This document shows positions 11,890 to 20,390 of a stretch of 64,000 bases of DNA, in pieces. Location of the stretch: contig CAVWBU010000032.1 of assembly GCA_963753345.1 (NCBI GenBank), forward strand, positions 164,179-228,178, written 5' to 3'. The stretch comes from an uncultured Fibrobacterota bacterium (GTDB taxonomy: Bacteria > Fibrobacterota > Chitinivibrionia > Chitinivibrionales > FEN-1185). The notes beneath the pieces are model-generated. The model worked only from the letters and a program-made list of their open reading frames with translations. It had not been told where the DNA came from and searched no databases. The position numbers and the translations under genes are program-made. Positions within the stretch are counted from its first letter, which is position 1, and the number at the start of each line of letters is the position of its first letter.

Positions 11890-11988
11890 GATTCCTCGGA
11901 GCTTGCTCCGGGGTTAGCGAGCGATTATGAGTATGTTTTTTTCCATAGGGATGGAAGATTCCTCGCAGCCTGCTGCGGGGTTCTTCAA
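11890..11988. mobile_element. Probable PATE / IS200-IS605-type miniature element (two related hairpins)
   Basis: GATTCCTCGGAGCTTGCTCCGGGGTT (11890) and GATTCCTCGCAGCCTGCTGCGGGGTT (11957), differing by a compensatory G-C/C-G change. Confidence 0.55.
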
Positions 11989-12015
11989 TGCCATTGCACC
12001 GCACAGGAGGAACCA

Positions 12016-12843
12016 GTGTCGTATCCGGAATTGCGGGAACTTGTCGGAGGCTATTCCACGCCCTTTCTTCTGGAACAGTATGTTCACATGCGCGAAGAGT
12101 ACACGGCAGAGGCCATAACAATAATGGAGGCCGAACTCGCGCGCCGGAATATCGGGCACGATCAGATAGAGGAGTATTCGAAGAAAGGCGTTCTCGGCGA
12201 GCTTGGGGACCAGGGCAACGTTACCATCCGCCACCTGAAGCGTGACGATTTTGTCAAGCTCGAAGGGTCCTTTTCCCGTGCCGACGCGGTGCTTGTCCGC
12301 GCCATGTTCGGCGACGAGAACGTGCCGTTCTTCCTCGACACGAGCGTGCAGCCGAATGCCGTACCCGGCGGCCAGAGCGCGCCGGTCGAGGTCGGCGTAT
12401 ACGTGCACAAGGAGGCCATCGAAAAGGCGCTCGCGCTCGTGGCCGCGCATTTCGACCTTGCCGACGGCGTGTACAAGGCGCGGCACGCGAGCACGCGGGA
12501 GCGGCTCGTTTCATTCAGCTTCGACGAGATCCAGCAGCAGGAGCTCGATTCTGCCGAGATCACCGGCGTCCATTTTTCGCTGGAGGAAAAAGGCGTTCTT
12601 GTCCGCTTCGGCAAGCGCCTCCTGGAGGAAATTGACGAAATAGAAAGCCGGGACGGCCGCATCGTGTTCCATTTTGACAATGTGGAAGGCCTGCTGTCAC
12701 AGCTCGGCGGGAAGGAACCGGCGCTCACCAAGACCCACCTGCTCACCGCACTGGAAATCCTGCAGATTTACGCCAACGACCCCGACTTCGATTCTGCCGC
12801 CGAAGGCATCGCCGAGGCGCTGCTGGGGTTTTTTCTGCAGTAG
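12016..12843 (+). CDS. Hypothetical protein
   Basis: 275 aa, AGGAGG RBS before GTG, host-like high-GC codons. Confidence 0.75.
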   Translation: MSYPELRELVGGYSTPFLLEQYVHMREEYTAEAITIMEAELARRNIGHDQIEEYSKKGVLGELGDQGNVTIRHLKRDDFVKLEGSFSRADAVLVRAMFGDENVPFFLDTSVQPNAVPGGQSAPVEVGVYVHKEAIEKALALVAAHFDLADGVYKARHASTRERLVSFSFDEIQQQELDSAEITGVHFSLEEKGVLVRFGKRLLEEIDEIESRDGRIVFHFDNVEGLLSQLGGKEPALTKTHLLTALEILQIYANDPDFDSAAEGIAEALLGFFLQ

Positions 12844-12900
12844 GGCGCTAATGGGGGCTAGAGTTAGAGAGATGGAGGAGCTACACAGGAAAGGATCGAA

Positions 12901-13542
12901 ATGGAATTTCGTTCGGCAGAAGCCATTGAACAACGAATAAGTGAATTGAGCCCGGTCTTTGACCTTGGGGATGGTCCGCTTCTGGAAGAGTACAATTTGC
13001 TGGTTTATTTCAGGTTACTCGCGTATGAGAAGATTATAACCTTTCCCTTCGACGTAAACAAATCAGAGGCTCCAGATTTTGTATGCCAAATTGGCCCAAA
13101 CACCGTTGGTATAGAAGTTACCCACAGTGTTGTTAAGAATCATTTCCAGAATCTCAAAAGACATATTCTGGAGCCTGATTCCATTATCGAGATCTGTAGA
13201 GACGGGGTCTCTTATTTCCGCTCGGAAAAGGAGGGCTATTGTTGTCCCCCTGTTTACCATGATGGAGCAGAGACTTTATGGATGGGGTTTATCAGAAAGT
13301 CCTTGGAAAAGAAAGTGTCTAAATTCCTTTCTCATTACCATCAATTCGAGCGGAATATTCTTCTGATCCGTGATTTCACCAATCTTCCGCTCAAAAACCG
13401 TCCTCTTACAGCCCAACAGCTCCTCATGGAATTCAGCGGCAACCTGTTGGACAAGTTTAATGAAGTTACGATAATTCTTGGTGACAACTGCATGATATTC
13501 GATGCATTTGACAAATCAAAATTAATTAAGGTTGACCTTTGA
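12901..13542 (+). CDS. Hypothetical protein, possible PD-(D/E)XK nuclease fold
   Basis: EAPDF...GIEVT motif; lower GC than flanks. Confidence 0.55.
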   Translation: MEFRSAEAIEQRISELSPVFDLGDGPLLEEYNLLVYFRLLAYEKIITFPFDVNKSEAPDFVCQIGPNTVGIEVTHSVVKNHFQNLKRHILEPDSIIEICRDGVSYFRSEKEGYCCPPVYHDGAETLWMGFIRKSLEKKVSKFLSHYHQFERNILLIRDFTNLPLKNRPLTAQQLLMEFSGNLLDKFNEVTIILGDNCMIFDAFDKSKLIKVDL

Positions 13543-13575
13543 TCGGAATATTAGTTTTCTATTGGAGAGCCACAC

Positions 13576-15138
13576 ATGTTTAAGAATTTAATTATCTTAT
13601 TGATCCCCACGGTATTCCTTTATTCTCAGCAAAATACTGCCCCAACGATCGCAGTTAGCGACCTTGTCGGCCAAGGTGTTAATCAGAGCGAGGCGACCGT
13701 CGTAAGTGAACAGCTTCGGACGGAATTGCAAAAGACAGGACATTTTCGCATTATAGAGCGAAACCAAATGCAGGAAATTCTTAAGGAACAGGGTTTTCAG
13801 CAAACAGGCTGCACAACTGATGCTTGCGCTGTAGAGGTGGGGCAATTGCTTGGCGTGAAAAACATCGTCGTGGGATCCCTTGGAATTGCGGGGAGCTACA
13901 CCGTCCTGACCGTAAGGATTCTTGATGTTCAGACTGGCGAGGTACTTGTTACTGAAACAGGGAACGCCAAAGGTGGTATTGATGAAATGATTGAAAAGGG
14001 AATACGCGAAGTAGCCGGAAAATTGGTCGTTGATTTGTCAAGGATCATGTGCCAAGCAATAGTCGATGCGGCAAAGAACGGGAATCTCAAAGAAAAAAGT
14101 CTCTTGCAGCGAGGCGCGGATGTGAATTCGAAGGCAAACAGTGGCTGGACTCCGCTGCATTGCGCTGCAAAATATGGGCATGAGGCCATAGTGAGTTTTC
14201 TGATTAGCAAAGGCGCAAATGTAAATGCGAAGATCAGCGGTGGCTGGACTCCGCTGCATGAGGCTGCTGAAGCTGGCTATATAGAAGCAGTCAAGATTCT
14301 TTTGAACAACGGTGCAGATGTGAATTCAGTGAGTTATCTTGTTGACGAAGGCGCGGATGTGAATTCGAAGGCAAACAGTGGCTGGACTCCGCTGCATTGT
14401 GCTTCAAAATATGGGCATGAGGCCATAGTGAGTTACCTGATTAGCAAAGGCTCGAATGTGAATGCCAAGACCAATAATGGCTGGACTCCGCTGCATGAGG
14501 CTGCTGAAGCTGGCTACACGGAAGTAGTCAAGATTCTGTTGAACAATGGTGCAGATGTGAATTCAAAAGCCAACGGGGGCGAAACTGCGTTGCATTGTGC
14601 CTCCGTTTTTAGACATGAAACCGTAGTGAATTATTTAATTAGTAAAGGCGCAAATGTGAATGTAAAAGACATTACTGGAGCAACTCCGTTGTATTATGCC
14701 GCCATAAATGGGAATGAGGTCATAGTGAATTATCTGGTCATCAAAGGCGCGGATGTGAATTCGAAGGCAAACAATGGCTGGACTCCGCTGCATTGTGCTG
14801 CCCACAACGGACAGGAGGGTGTAGTAAAGTTCCTGATCACCAACGGTGCAAATGTGAATTCGAAGGCAGACAGTGGCTGGATTCCGCTGCATTTAGCTGC
14901 TGACAGTGGCCACGCAGAAATAGTCAAAATCCTGTTGAACAAGGGTGCTGATGTGAATGCGAAGACAAGCAATGGCTTTTCCGCTTTGGACGTGGCTGCG
15001 TCTCGCGGGCATTCGGATGTGGTGGAGATACTCAAGGAATACAGGGCAAAGCATCGGCTTGTAGACATTCATCTTACTCCCGAAGAGATAAAATCGGCGG
15101 GATTTGAAAAGAAACCCGACACCACGCATGACCGATAG
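13576..15138 (+). CDS. Secreted ankyrin-repeat protein with N-terminal CsgG/HfaB-like domain
   Basis: Signal peptide; IIER.QMQEILKEQGFQQTGC..DACAVEVGQLLG; about 10 GADVN.K..GWTPLH.AA..GH repeats. Confidence 0.9.
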   Translation: MFKNLIILLIPTVFLYSQQNTAPTIAVSDLVGQGVNQSEATVVSEQLRTELQKTGHFRIIERNQMQEILKEQGFQQTGCTTDACAVEVGQLLGVKNIVVGSLGIAGSYTVLTVRILDVQTGEVLVTETGNAKGGIDEMIEKGIREVAGKLVVDLSRIMCQAIVDAAKNGNLKEKSLLQRGADVNSKANSGWTPLHCAAKYGHEAIVSFLISKGANVNAKISGGWTPLHEAAEAGYIEAVKILLNNGADVNSVSYLVDEGADVNSKANSGWTPLHCASKYGHEAIVSYLISKGSNVNAKTNNGWTPLHEAAEAGYTEVVKILLNNGADVNSKANGGETALHCASVFRHETVVNYLISKGANVNVKDITGATPLYYAAINGNEVIVNYLVIKGADVNSKANNGWTPLHCAAHNGQEGVVKFLITNGANVNSKADSGWIPLHLAADSGHAEIVKILLNKGADVNAKTSNGFSALDVAASRGHSDVVEILKEYRAKHRLVDIHLTPEEIKSAGFEKKPDTTHDR

Positions 15139-15166
15139 TTTTTTTGGATGGTATATGGAGGAAATA

Positions 15167-15496
15167 ATGATTCACAAAAGGTTAGTTGAAGAGGTTAAGG
15201 CACTTGCACAAGATTGGAAAGTGGTAGCGGCTGAAACTTCAAAGGGCGACGCATTTGATTTGAAAAAGCAAGCATTACTTGGTCGTTTGCTGTCACTACC
15301 TGAAGCCGACCTAAAAGATCTGGTGGCCCTCACGAATGTTGGTCGGGCTCAAATCATAAAGGATGAAGATACAACTTTGGCTTCTAGTTCACAAATGGTT
15401 GCCAAATGGCAAAAACCAGAGTGCGTAAAGGATCTGATGGCAAAGGCCGGGGTATTAATCGAGTACTTGGATGCAGCAAACAACTTCTTATCTTAA
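15167..15496 (+). CDS. Small hypothetical protein (DUF3775-like)
   Basis: GGAGG RBS; L.SLPEADLKDLVALTNVGR...L.EYL pattern. Confidence 0.5.
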   Translation: MIHKRLVEEVKALAQDWKVVAAETSKGDAFDLKKQALLGRLLSLPEADLKDLVALTNVGRAQIIKDEDTTLASSSQMVAKWQKPECVKDLMAKAGVLIEYLDAANNFLS

Positions 15497-15674
15497 AATC
15501 TGAGTCTTGGGTCTTTCTTGCTAAAGAAATCCCATCCGAAAGAAAAAGAAACTAAGGGCACATTACTCTCTTCTTCCCGTTCTTGACACCTTCCCCCGCG
15601 CAATTCATTTTTTATCATGACGATCCTGACCGGGTAGAGTAACAAAACGCATTTCCCGAAAGGACGATGCCAGT

Positions 15675-15776
15675 ATGTCAAGTGTCAAGAAGCACCGCAA
15701 GGCCAAGATCAACAGGCACAAGCGGAAAAAAAAGAGAAGGCTGAGCCGCCACAAAAAAAGGACATGGCAGGCGTAA
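15675..15776 (+). CDS. bS22 / AURKAIP1-COX24-like small basic ribosomal peptide (33 aa, absent from the ORF track)
   Basis: Translated by hand: MSSVKKHRKAKINRHKRKKKRRLSRHKKRTWQA; followed by a terminator. Confidence 0.85.
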   Translation: MSSVKKHRKAKINRHKRKKKRRLSRHKKRTWQA

Positions 15777-15810
15777 CGCCGCCATCGCGAAAGCGGTGCG
15801 AAAACATCAA

Positions 15811-15847
15811 GAAAAGGGTGAGAACGGTTCTCACCCTTTTCTATTTT
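15811..15847 (+). terminator. Intrinsic terminator
   Basis: GAAAAGGGTGAGAA-CGG-TTCTCACCCTTTTC then TATTTT. Confidence 0.75.
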
Positions 15848-15858
15848 ACAGACCAGGT

Positions 15859-18021
15859 ATGGAATCCATCCAGGGAATCGTCACCGACATAACATTCCGC
15901 AACGAGGAGAACGGATTCACCGTGCTCAAACTTGCGGAATCGGAATCCTCGCCCGCGGTGCTGTGCGTGGGCGCGATGCCCGCGGTGGAGCCGGGGGAGA
16001 CGCTCAAGGCAACGGGCGAGTTCCGGCTCCACGCGCGGTTCGGGAAACAATTCGCGGTCTCGGCGTTCGAGACCGTGCGGCCGCTCACCCTCGCGGGGAT
16101 CGCCGCGCTGCTCGGCAGCGGCCTCATCGAGAACATCGGCGAGGTGCGTGCCAAGAAAATCATCGACGTGTTCGGCCTCAAGACGCTTGACATACTGGAC
16201 AATGAGCCGGCCCGCCTCCTGGAGGTGCGCGGCATCGGGAAGAAGACGCTGGAGAAGATCGTTGAGGCGTGGCAACGCAAGCGGCGCATCAGGGAGCTCA
16301 TGGTGTTTCTGCAGGAATGCGCGATCACGGTCAACATGGCGTCTAAGATTTATTCCGCGTACGGAGACTCGGCGCAAGAGAAAATATCGCAGAACCCCTA
16401 CTGCCTCATCGACGACGTGTGGGGCGTGGGGTTCAAGAAGGCCGACGCCATTGCCCAGAAACTCGGGTTTGCGCACGATTCGTTCAAGCGGATACGCGCC
16501 GGTCTCACCTATGTGATGTCGGAGGCCGCCGGAAACGGCCATGTCTATCTTCCCTCAACCGGGCTTGTTTCGAGCGCCGCGGCGATCCTCGAAGTCCCTG
16601 AGGACAAGACGCTGTTTTCGCTCGACCACATGGTGAAGGAAGGCGCGCTGGCTGCCGACGAAAGCCGCATCTACCTGCCGCACCTTTACGGAGCGGAATG
16701 CGCGGTCGCCGCGCTGCTGTCGGGCCTGGCGGGGGAGCGCTGCGGGCCGCTTGCGAAATACGACGCGCGCTATGTTTCGTCGTGGCTGGAATCCTACTCG
16801 GCCAAGAACCGCTGGCACGCCGACCCGAAGCAGAAGGAGGCGGTGGCCGCCGCGCTTCTGCACGGCGCAAGCCTGCTCACGGGCGGGCCCGGCACGGGAA
16901 AGACCACCACGCTGCAGGTTATCGTCTCGTTTTTGCGAGAGCATAACATACGCGTCGCACTCGCCGCGCCCACGGGCAGGGCCGCGCAGCGCATGGGAAG
17001 CATCGCGGGCCTTCGCGCCAGCACCATCCACCGGATGCTCGAATACCGTCCGGGCGGCCAGGGGTACCGTTTTGCGCGGGACGCAAGCAACCCCGTCGAG
17101 GCCGACATGATTATCGTGGACGAAACCTCCATGATCGACATCGTGCTCATGCGGAGCCTGCTTGCGGCCGTGCGTCCCGGCACCTCGGTGCTGTTCGTGG
17201 GGGACGAGAACCAGCTTCCGTCAATAGGGCCGGGCACCGTGCTCGCCGACATGATCGCCTCGGCCGCCCTTCCGCACGTGCGGCTCACCACGGTGTTCAG
17301 GCAGGCGGCGCAGAGCGGCATCGTTACCGCGGCGCACGACATCATGGCCGGCAGGGTCCCGGTGCTTCGCAACGAGAAGGAGGGGAACATCTTCTTTGTA
17401 AACGAAGAGGACCCGGACCGCTGCTGCGCCGCGCTGGTTGACCTGGTGGTGAAACGCCTGCCGGCCCGGTACGGGTTCGATCCCGCGGCTGGCATCCAGG
17501 TGGTGTCGCCCATCCACAACGGCGTGCTGGGGACGCGGAACCTCAACGCCCTGCTCAAGGCCGCGCTCAATCCGGGCAAACGGTTCGTGCGGCGCGGCGA
17601 CGCCGAGTTTTCCGCGGGCGACAAGGTGATGCAGGTGAAGAACGACTACGACCGCGGCGTGTTCAACGGCGACATCGGGTTCGTGGCCGACATTGTTGAC
17701 GAAAGCGACATTGTTGTCGATTTCGACGGCCAGAAGGTGCGGTATGAACCGCGCCACCTCGACGAGCTGGTCCACGCATACTGCATCAGCATCCACAAGA
17801 GTCAGGGCTGCGAGTTCCCGGCCGTGGTGATCCCTATTGCGACCCAGCACTTCGTGATGCTCCAGCGAAATCTTATTTATACCGCCATCACGCGCGCGAG
17901 GAAACTGTGTGTGCTCGTGGGCATGCCCCGGGCGCTTGCCATTGCGGTGAAAAATAACGCGACCGTGGAGAGGTATTCGAGGTTGAGGGAGAGAATAGTT
18001 GACAAGATAAAAGTGTTATGA
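15859..18021 (+). CDS. recD2: RecD2 ATP-dependent RecD-like helicase
   Basis: N-terminal F.NEENGFTV, HhH motif, GGPGTGKTT, APTGRAAQR, VDETSM, GDENQLPSIGPG, SIHKSQGCEF, YTAITRAR. Confidence 0.95.
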   Translation: MESIQGIVTDITFRNEENGFTVLKLAESESSPAVLCVGAMPAVEPGETLKATGEFRLHARFGKQFAVSAFETVRPLTLAGIAALLGSGLIENIGEVRAKKIIDVFGLKTLDILDNEPARLLEVRGIGKKTLEKIVEAWQRKRRIRELMVFLQECAITVNMASKIYSAYGDSAQEKISQNPYCLIDDVWGVGFKKADAIAQKLGFAHDSFKRIRAGLTYVMSEAAGNGHVYLPSTGLVSSAAAILEVPEDKTLFSLDHMVKEGALAADESRIYLPHLYGAECAVAALLSGLAGERCGPLAKYDARYVSSWLESYSAKNRWHADPKQKEAVAAALLHGASLLTGGPGTGKTTTLQVIVSFLREHNIRVALAAPTGRAAQRMGSIAGLRASTIHRMLEYRPGGQGYRFARDASNPVEADMIIVDETSMIDIVLMRSLLAAVRPGTSVLFVGDENQLPSIGPGTVLADMIASAALPHVRLTTVFRQAAQSGIVTAAHDIMAGRVPVLRNEKEGNIFFVNEEDPDRCCAALVDLVVKRLPARYGFDPAAGIQVVSPIHNGVLGTRNLNALLKAALNPGKRFVRRGDAEFSAGDKVMQVKNDYDRGVFNGDIGFVADIVDESDIVVDFDGQKVRYEPRHLDELVHAYCISIHKSQGCEFPAVVIPIATQHFVMLQRNLIYTAITRARKLCVLVGMPRALAIAVKNNATVERYSRLRERIVDKIKVL

Positions 18022-18235
18022 AATTATTATGAAAAGGTTATGGCAGGTGGGGGAAGTATCCCCCTCGCTTCGGCCCGGCCGCGCCGCTTTACAAACCAGC
18101 ATCCCTGAGGCGCGACCGGTCCTCCGCTACCCCCTCGTGGGTAGCCGCCTTGACAAAGCAGTTGCAAGACCATGCATTGTTGTGGCGGCACCCACAAAGA
18201 GCAGTTGAAAAGTTGAATAGTTGAAACGGAGAAGA

Positions 18236-18417
18236 AGTAATTGACTTAATAGGATTCTTCTGCCGCTGCGTTAGGTGGACCGAAGGGTGAGCTAGAGCGA
18301 ATTACCGCCTGATCCCCAGCCGAAGGCGATTGGGACAGGCGGCAACGAGGCGAACAGCCGAGCCCGCAGGGAGACCGGCCCGACCCCGAGCGAAGTCGAG
18401 GGGGAGGGCAACGCCCA
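18236..18417. repeat. Structured intergenic repeat, copy 2 of 3
   Basis: Same anchors as 10026-10225 with different inner hairpins (CCCCGAGCGAAGTCGAGGGG). Confidence 0.75.
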
Positions 18418-18448
18418 AGTTTCTATATTTCTATCGGAATGGTATTTC

Positions 18449-18733
18449 ATGAAACCTCAACCCGACCCCGATATCATCCTCCTTAATAACGCTCTTGACA
18501 AGTTGGGAGTTGAGATCCGCCACGGAACATTCGACGGCGACGGCGGTCTGGTGAAAATGGAGGATCGGTATATACTATTTTTACGTACCGGCGTCCTGCA
18601 GCAACGGGAGAAGGACCTGATGCTTGACGCGATAAGAAGAATGGGGCCGCTGGCCGTGCATGTGCCCCCGCGCGTGCGCGAGCTTCTGGGCGAAGACCAA
18701 TGGGAAAGCACCACAGGAGAAAATAATGGCTAA
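18449..18733 (+). CDS. Hypothetical protein
   Basis: KLGVEIR...GGLVK.....LF...HVPPRVRELL; overlaps the next gene. Confidence 0.7.
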   Translation: MKPQPDPDIILLNNALDKLGVEIRHGTFDGDGGLVKMEDRYILFLRTGVLQQREKDLMLDAIRRMGPLAVHVPPRVRELLGEDQWESTTGENNG

Positions 18734-19673
18734 AGTAACAATCGGCGTGATCGGCGCGGGCGTGCTGGGATCGTACCATATCCAGAAGTGCCTCAAGAAC
18801 AAAGACGTGGACTTTGCGGGGTTCCACGACTCGTCGGCCAATCGCCGCGCCGAGGTTGCGAAAAAACTCGGCGCGCGGCCATGGGACGCCATGGAAGGCC
18901 TTGTTGACGTGTGCGACGCCGTCATCGTGGCGACGCCCTCGTCGACCCACGCGGCCGTGGCGCTGGCCTGCATGGGGAAGAAGAAACACGTGCTCGTGGA
19001 GAAGCCGCTCGCGCCGAGCTTTGCCGAGGGGAAGGCTCTTGTCGAGGCCGCGCGCGAGCGGGGCGTGGTGCTGCATGTGGGGCACTCGGAGGCCTTCAAT
19101 TCCTCTTTTGTGAAGCTTCTGTCGCTGGCTCCGACGCCCAAGTTCATCGAGATCCACAGGCTCGCGCAGTACTCGCCGCGCGGCACCGACGTGCCGGTAA
19201 TCCTCGACCTCATGGTGCACGACGTGCATCTCGTGCTGCGCCTGCTTTCGGAGGAGCCGCGCTACGACGCCATCGCGGCCACGGGCGTGCCGGTGGTGTC
19301 GCAGGACATCGACATCGCCAACGTGCGCATCCCGTTCCCCTCGGGCTGCGTGGTGAACTGCACCGCCAGCCGCATATCCGCCAAGAAGATGCGCAAGCTG
19401 CGGCTGTTCGCGCGCGACAACTACTATTCCGTCGATCTGGACAAAGAGGAAATCGAGCACTACTTCCTCACCGGCGCGGCGCAGGCGGGCCGGCCCCTTC
19501 CCGTTGAATTCTCCAAAGACAAGACCAGACACACGGACGCGCTCGAGGCCGAGCTCGCCGCATTCGTCGCCGCAATAGCAGGCGCGCCGGATCACAAGGG
19601 CGTGTCCGGCGAAGAGGCGCTCAAAGTGCTCAAAGTGACGGATACGATAATGGGACTACTAAAAAATCAATAA
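18726..19673 (+). CDS. Gfo/Idh/MocA-family oxidoreductase
   Basis: GVIGAG.LG..H, HVLVEKP, VGH.E.FN, R.TDVPVILDLMVHD, TASRIS. Confidence 0.92.
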   Translation: MAKVTIGVIGAGVLGSYHIQKCLKNKDVDFAGFHDSSANRRAEVAKKLGARPWDAMEGLVDVCDAVIVATPSSTHAAVALACMGKKKHVLVEKPLAPSFAEGKALVEAARERGVVLHVGHSEAFNSSFVKLLSLAPTPKFIEIHRLAQYSPRGTDVPVILDLMVHDVHLVLRLLSEEPRYDAIAATGVPVVSQDIDIANVRIPFPSGCVVNCTASRISAKKMRKLRLFARDNYYSVDLDKEEIEHYFLTGAAQAGRPLPVEFSKDKTRHTDALEAELAAFVAAIAGAPDHKGVSGEEALKVLKVTDTIMGLLKNQ

Positions 19674-19955
19674 AGATTCCTGCAATGCTTGGTGGGGACA
19701 CCACTTCGTGGTTTCCCCTGGGGTGCAGCTTCCTCCCGCCGGAAATCGGCGGGAGGTGATCTGCACCCACACCCTTTCCTGCGAAGGTGCGCGACAAGGT
19801 CACTCGCTTGACGCTCGCGAGTCGTCGCACCTTCGCAACGCAACCTCGGCGGAAGATCCCCCTCTGCCTTCGGCATCTCCCCCTTGTTAAGGGGGAGATA
19901 ATTCCATTTCAAACATCTTTTCGCCAAGCAGAAATGTGGATGCGGCACTATCCCT

Positions 19956-20145
19956 CTGCCCGCGCGCCAGGCAGGACCGGAGGGTGAGCCAGAGCGAATT
20001 GTCACTCCGTTCCCCAAGGAATAGTAATAGCGCTTCGCGCTTCATTATTATGTCACTTGCCTTGTGCCGGCCGAGGCCGGAGATTCAACCCGCCCAACAG
20101 GAAGGGCGGGTTATAGGCCGCCGCCGCAAAGCGGCGGGGCGCCCA
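19956..20145. repeat. Structured intergenic repeat, copy 3 of 3 (more diverged)
   Basis: GGACCGGAGGGTGAGCCAGAGCGAATT...CGAGG...CGCCCAA anchors. Confidence 0.6.
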
Positions 20146-20282
20146 AGACTTCATGGCTTGGAAATGAGGTTCTTATCATTCCTTATCCCAATTACTATCT
20201 CTTTTGCTTGCACCCGTGCATTTGGTATATTATAGGGCGAATTATTTATATTTAACCGGATATCGCAAACCCGGAAACCTGT

Positions 20283-20356
20283 GCGCCAGTAGCTCAGTTG
20301 GATAGAGCGTCGGCCTCCGAAGCCGAAGGTCGTGGGTTCGACTCCCTCCTGGCGTA
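20283..20356 (+). tRNA. tRNA-Arg(CCG)
   Basis: GCGCCAG acceptor stem, TAGCTCAGTTGGATAGAGC D-arm, TCGGC-CTCCGAA-GCCGA anticodon arm, GGTTCGACTCC T-arm; CCA not encoded. Confidence 0.95.
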
Positions 20357-20390
20357 TTACGCAGCTGCCCAATTTACAAAGGGGGTTCCT

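Noticed and set aside
14100-15010. Regularly spaced near-identical repeats as a CRISPR array
   Set aside because: They are in-frame 99-bp ankyrin units; no unique spacers and no cas genes.
20298-20390. ORF-track N-terminus of the STAS protein
   Set aside because: It is a translation through tRNA-Arg.
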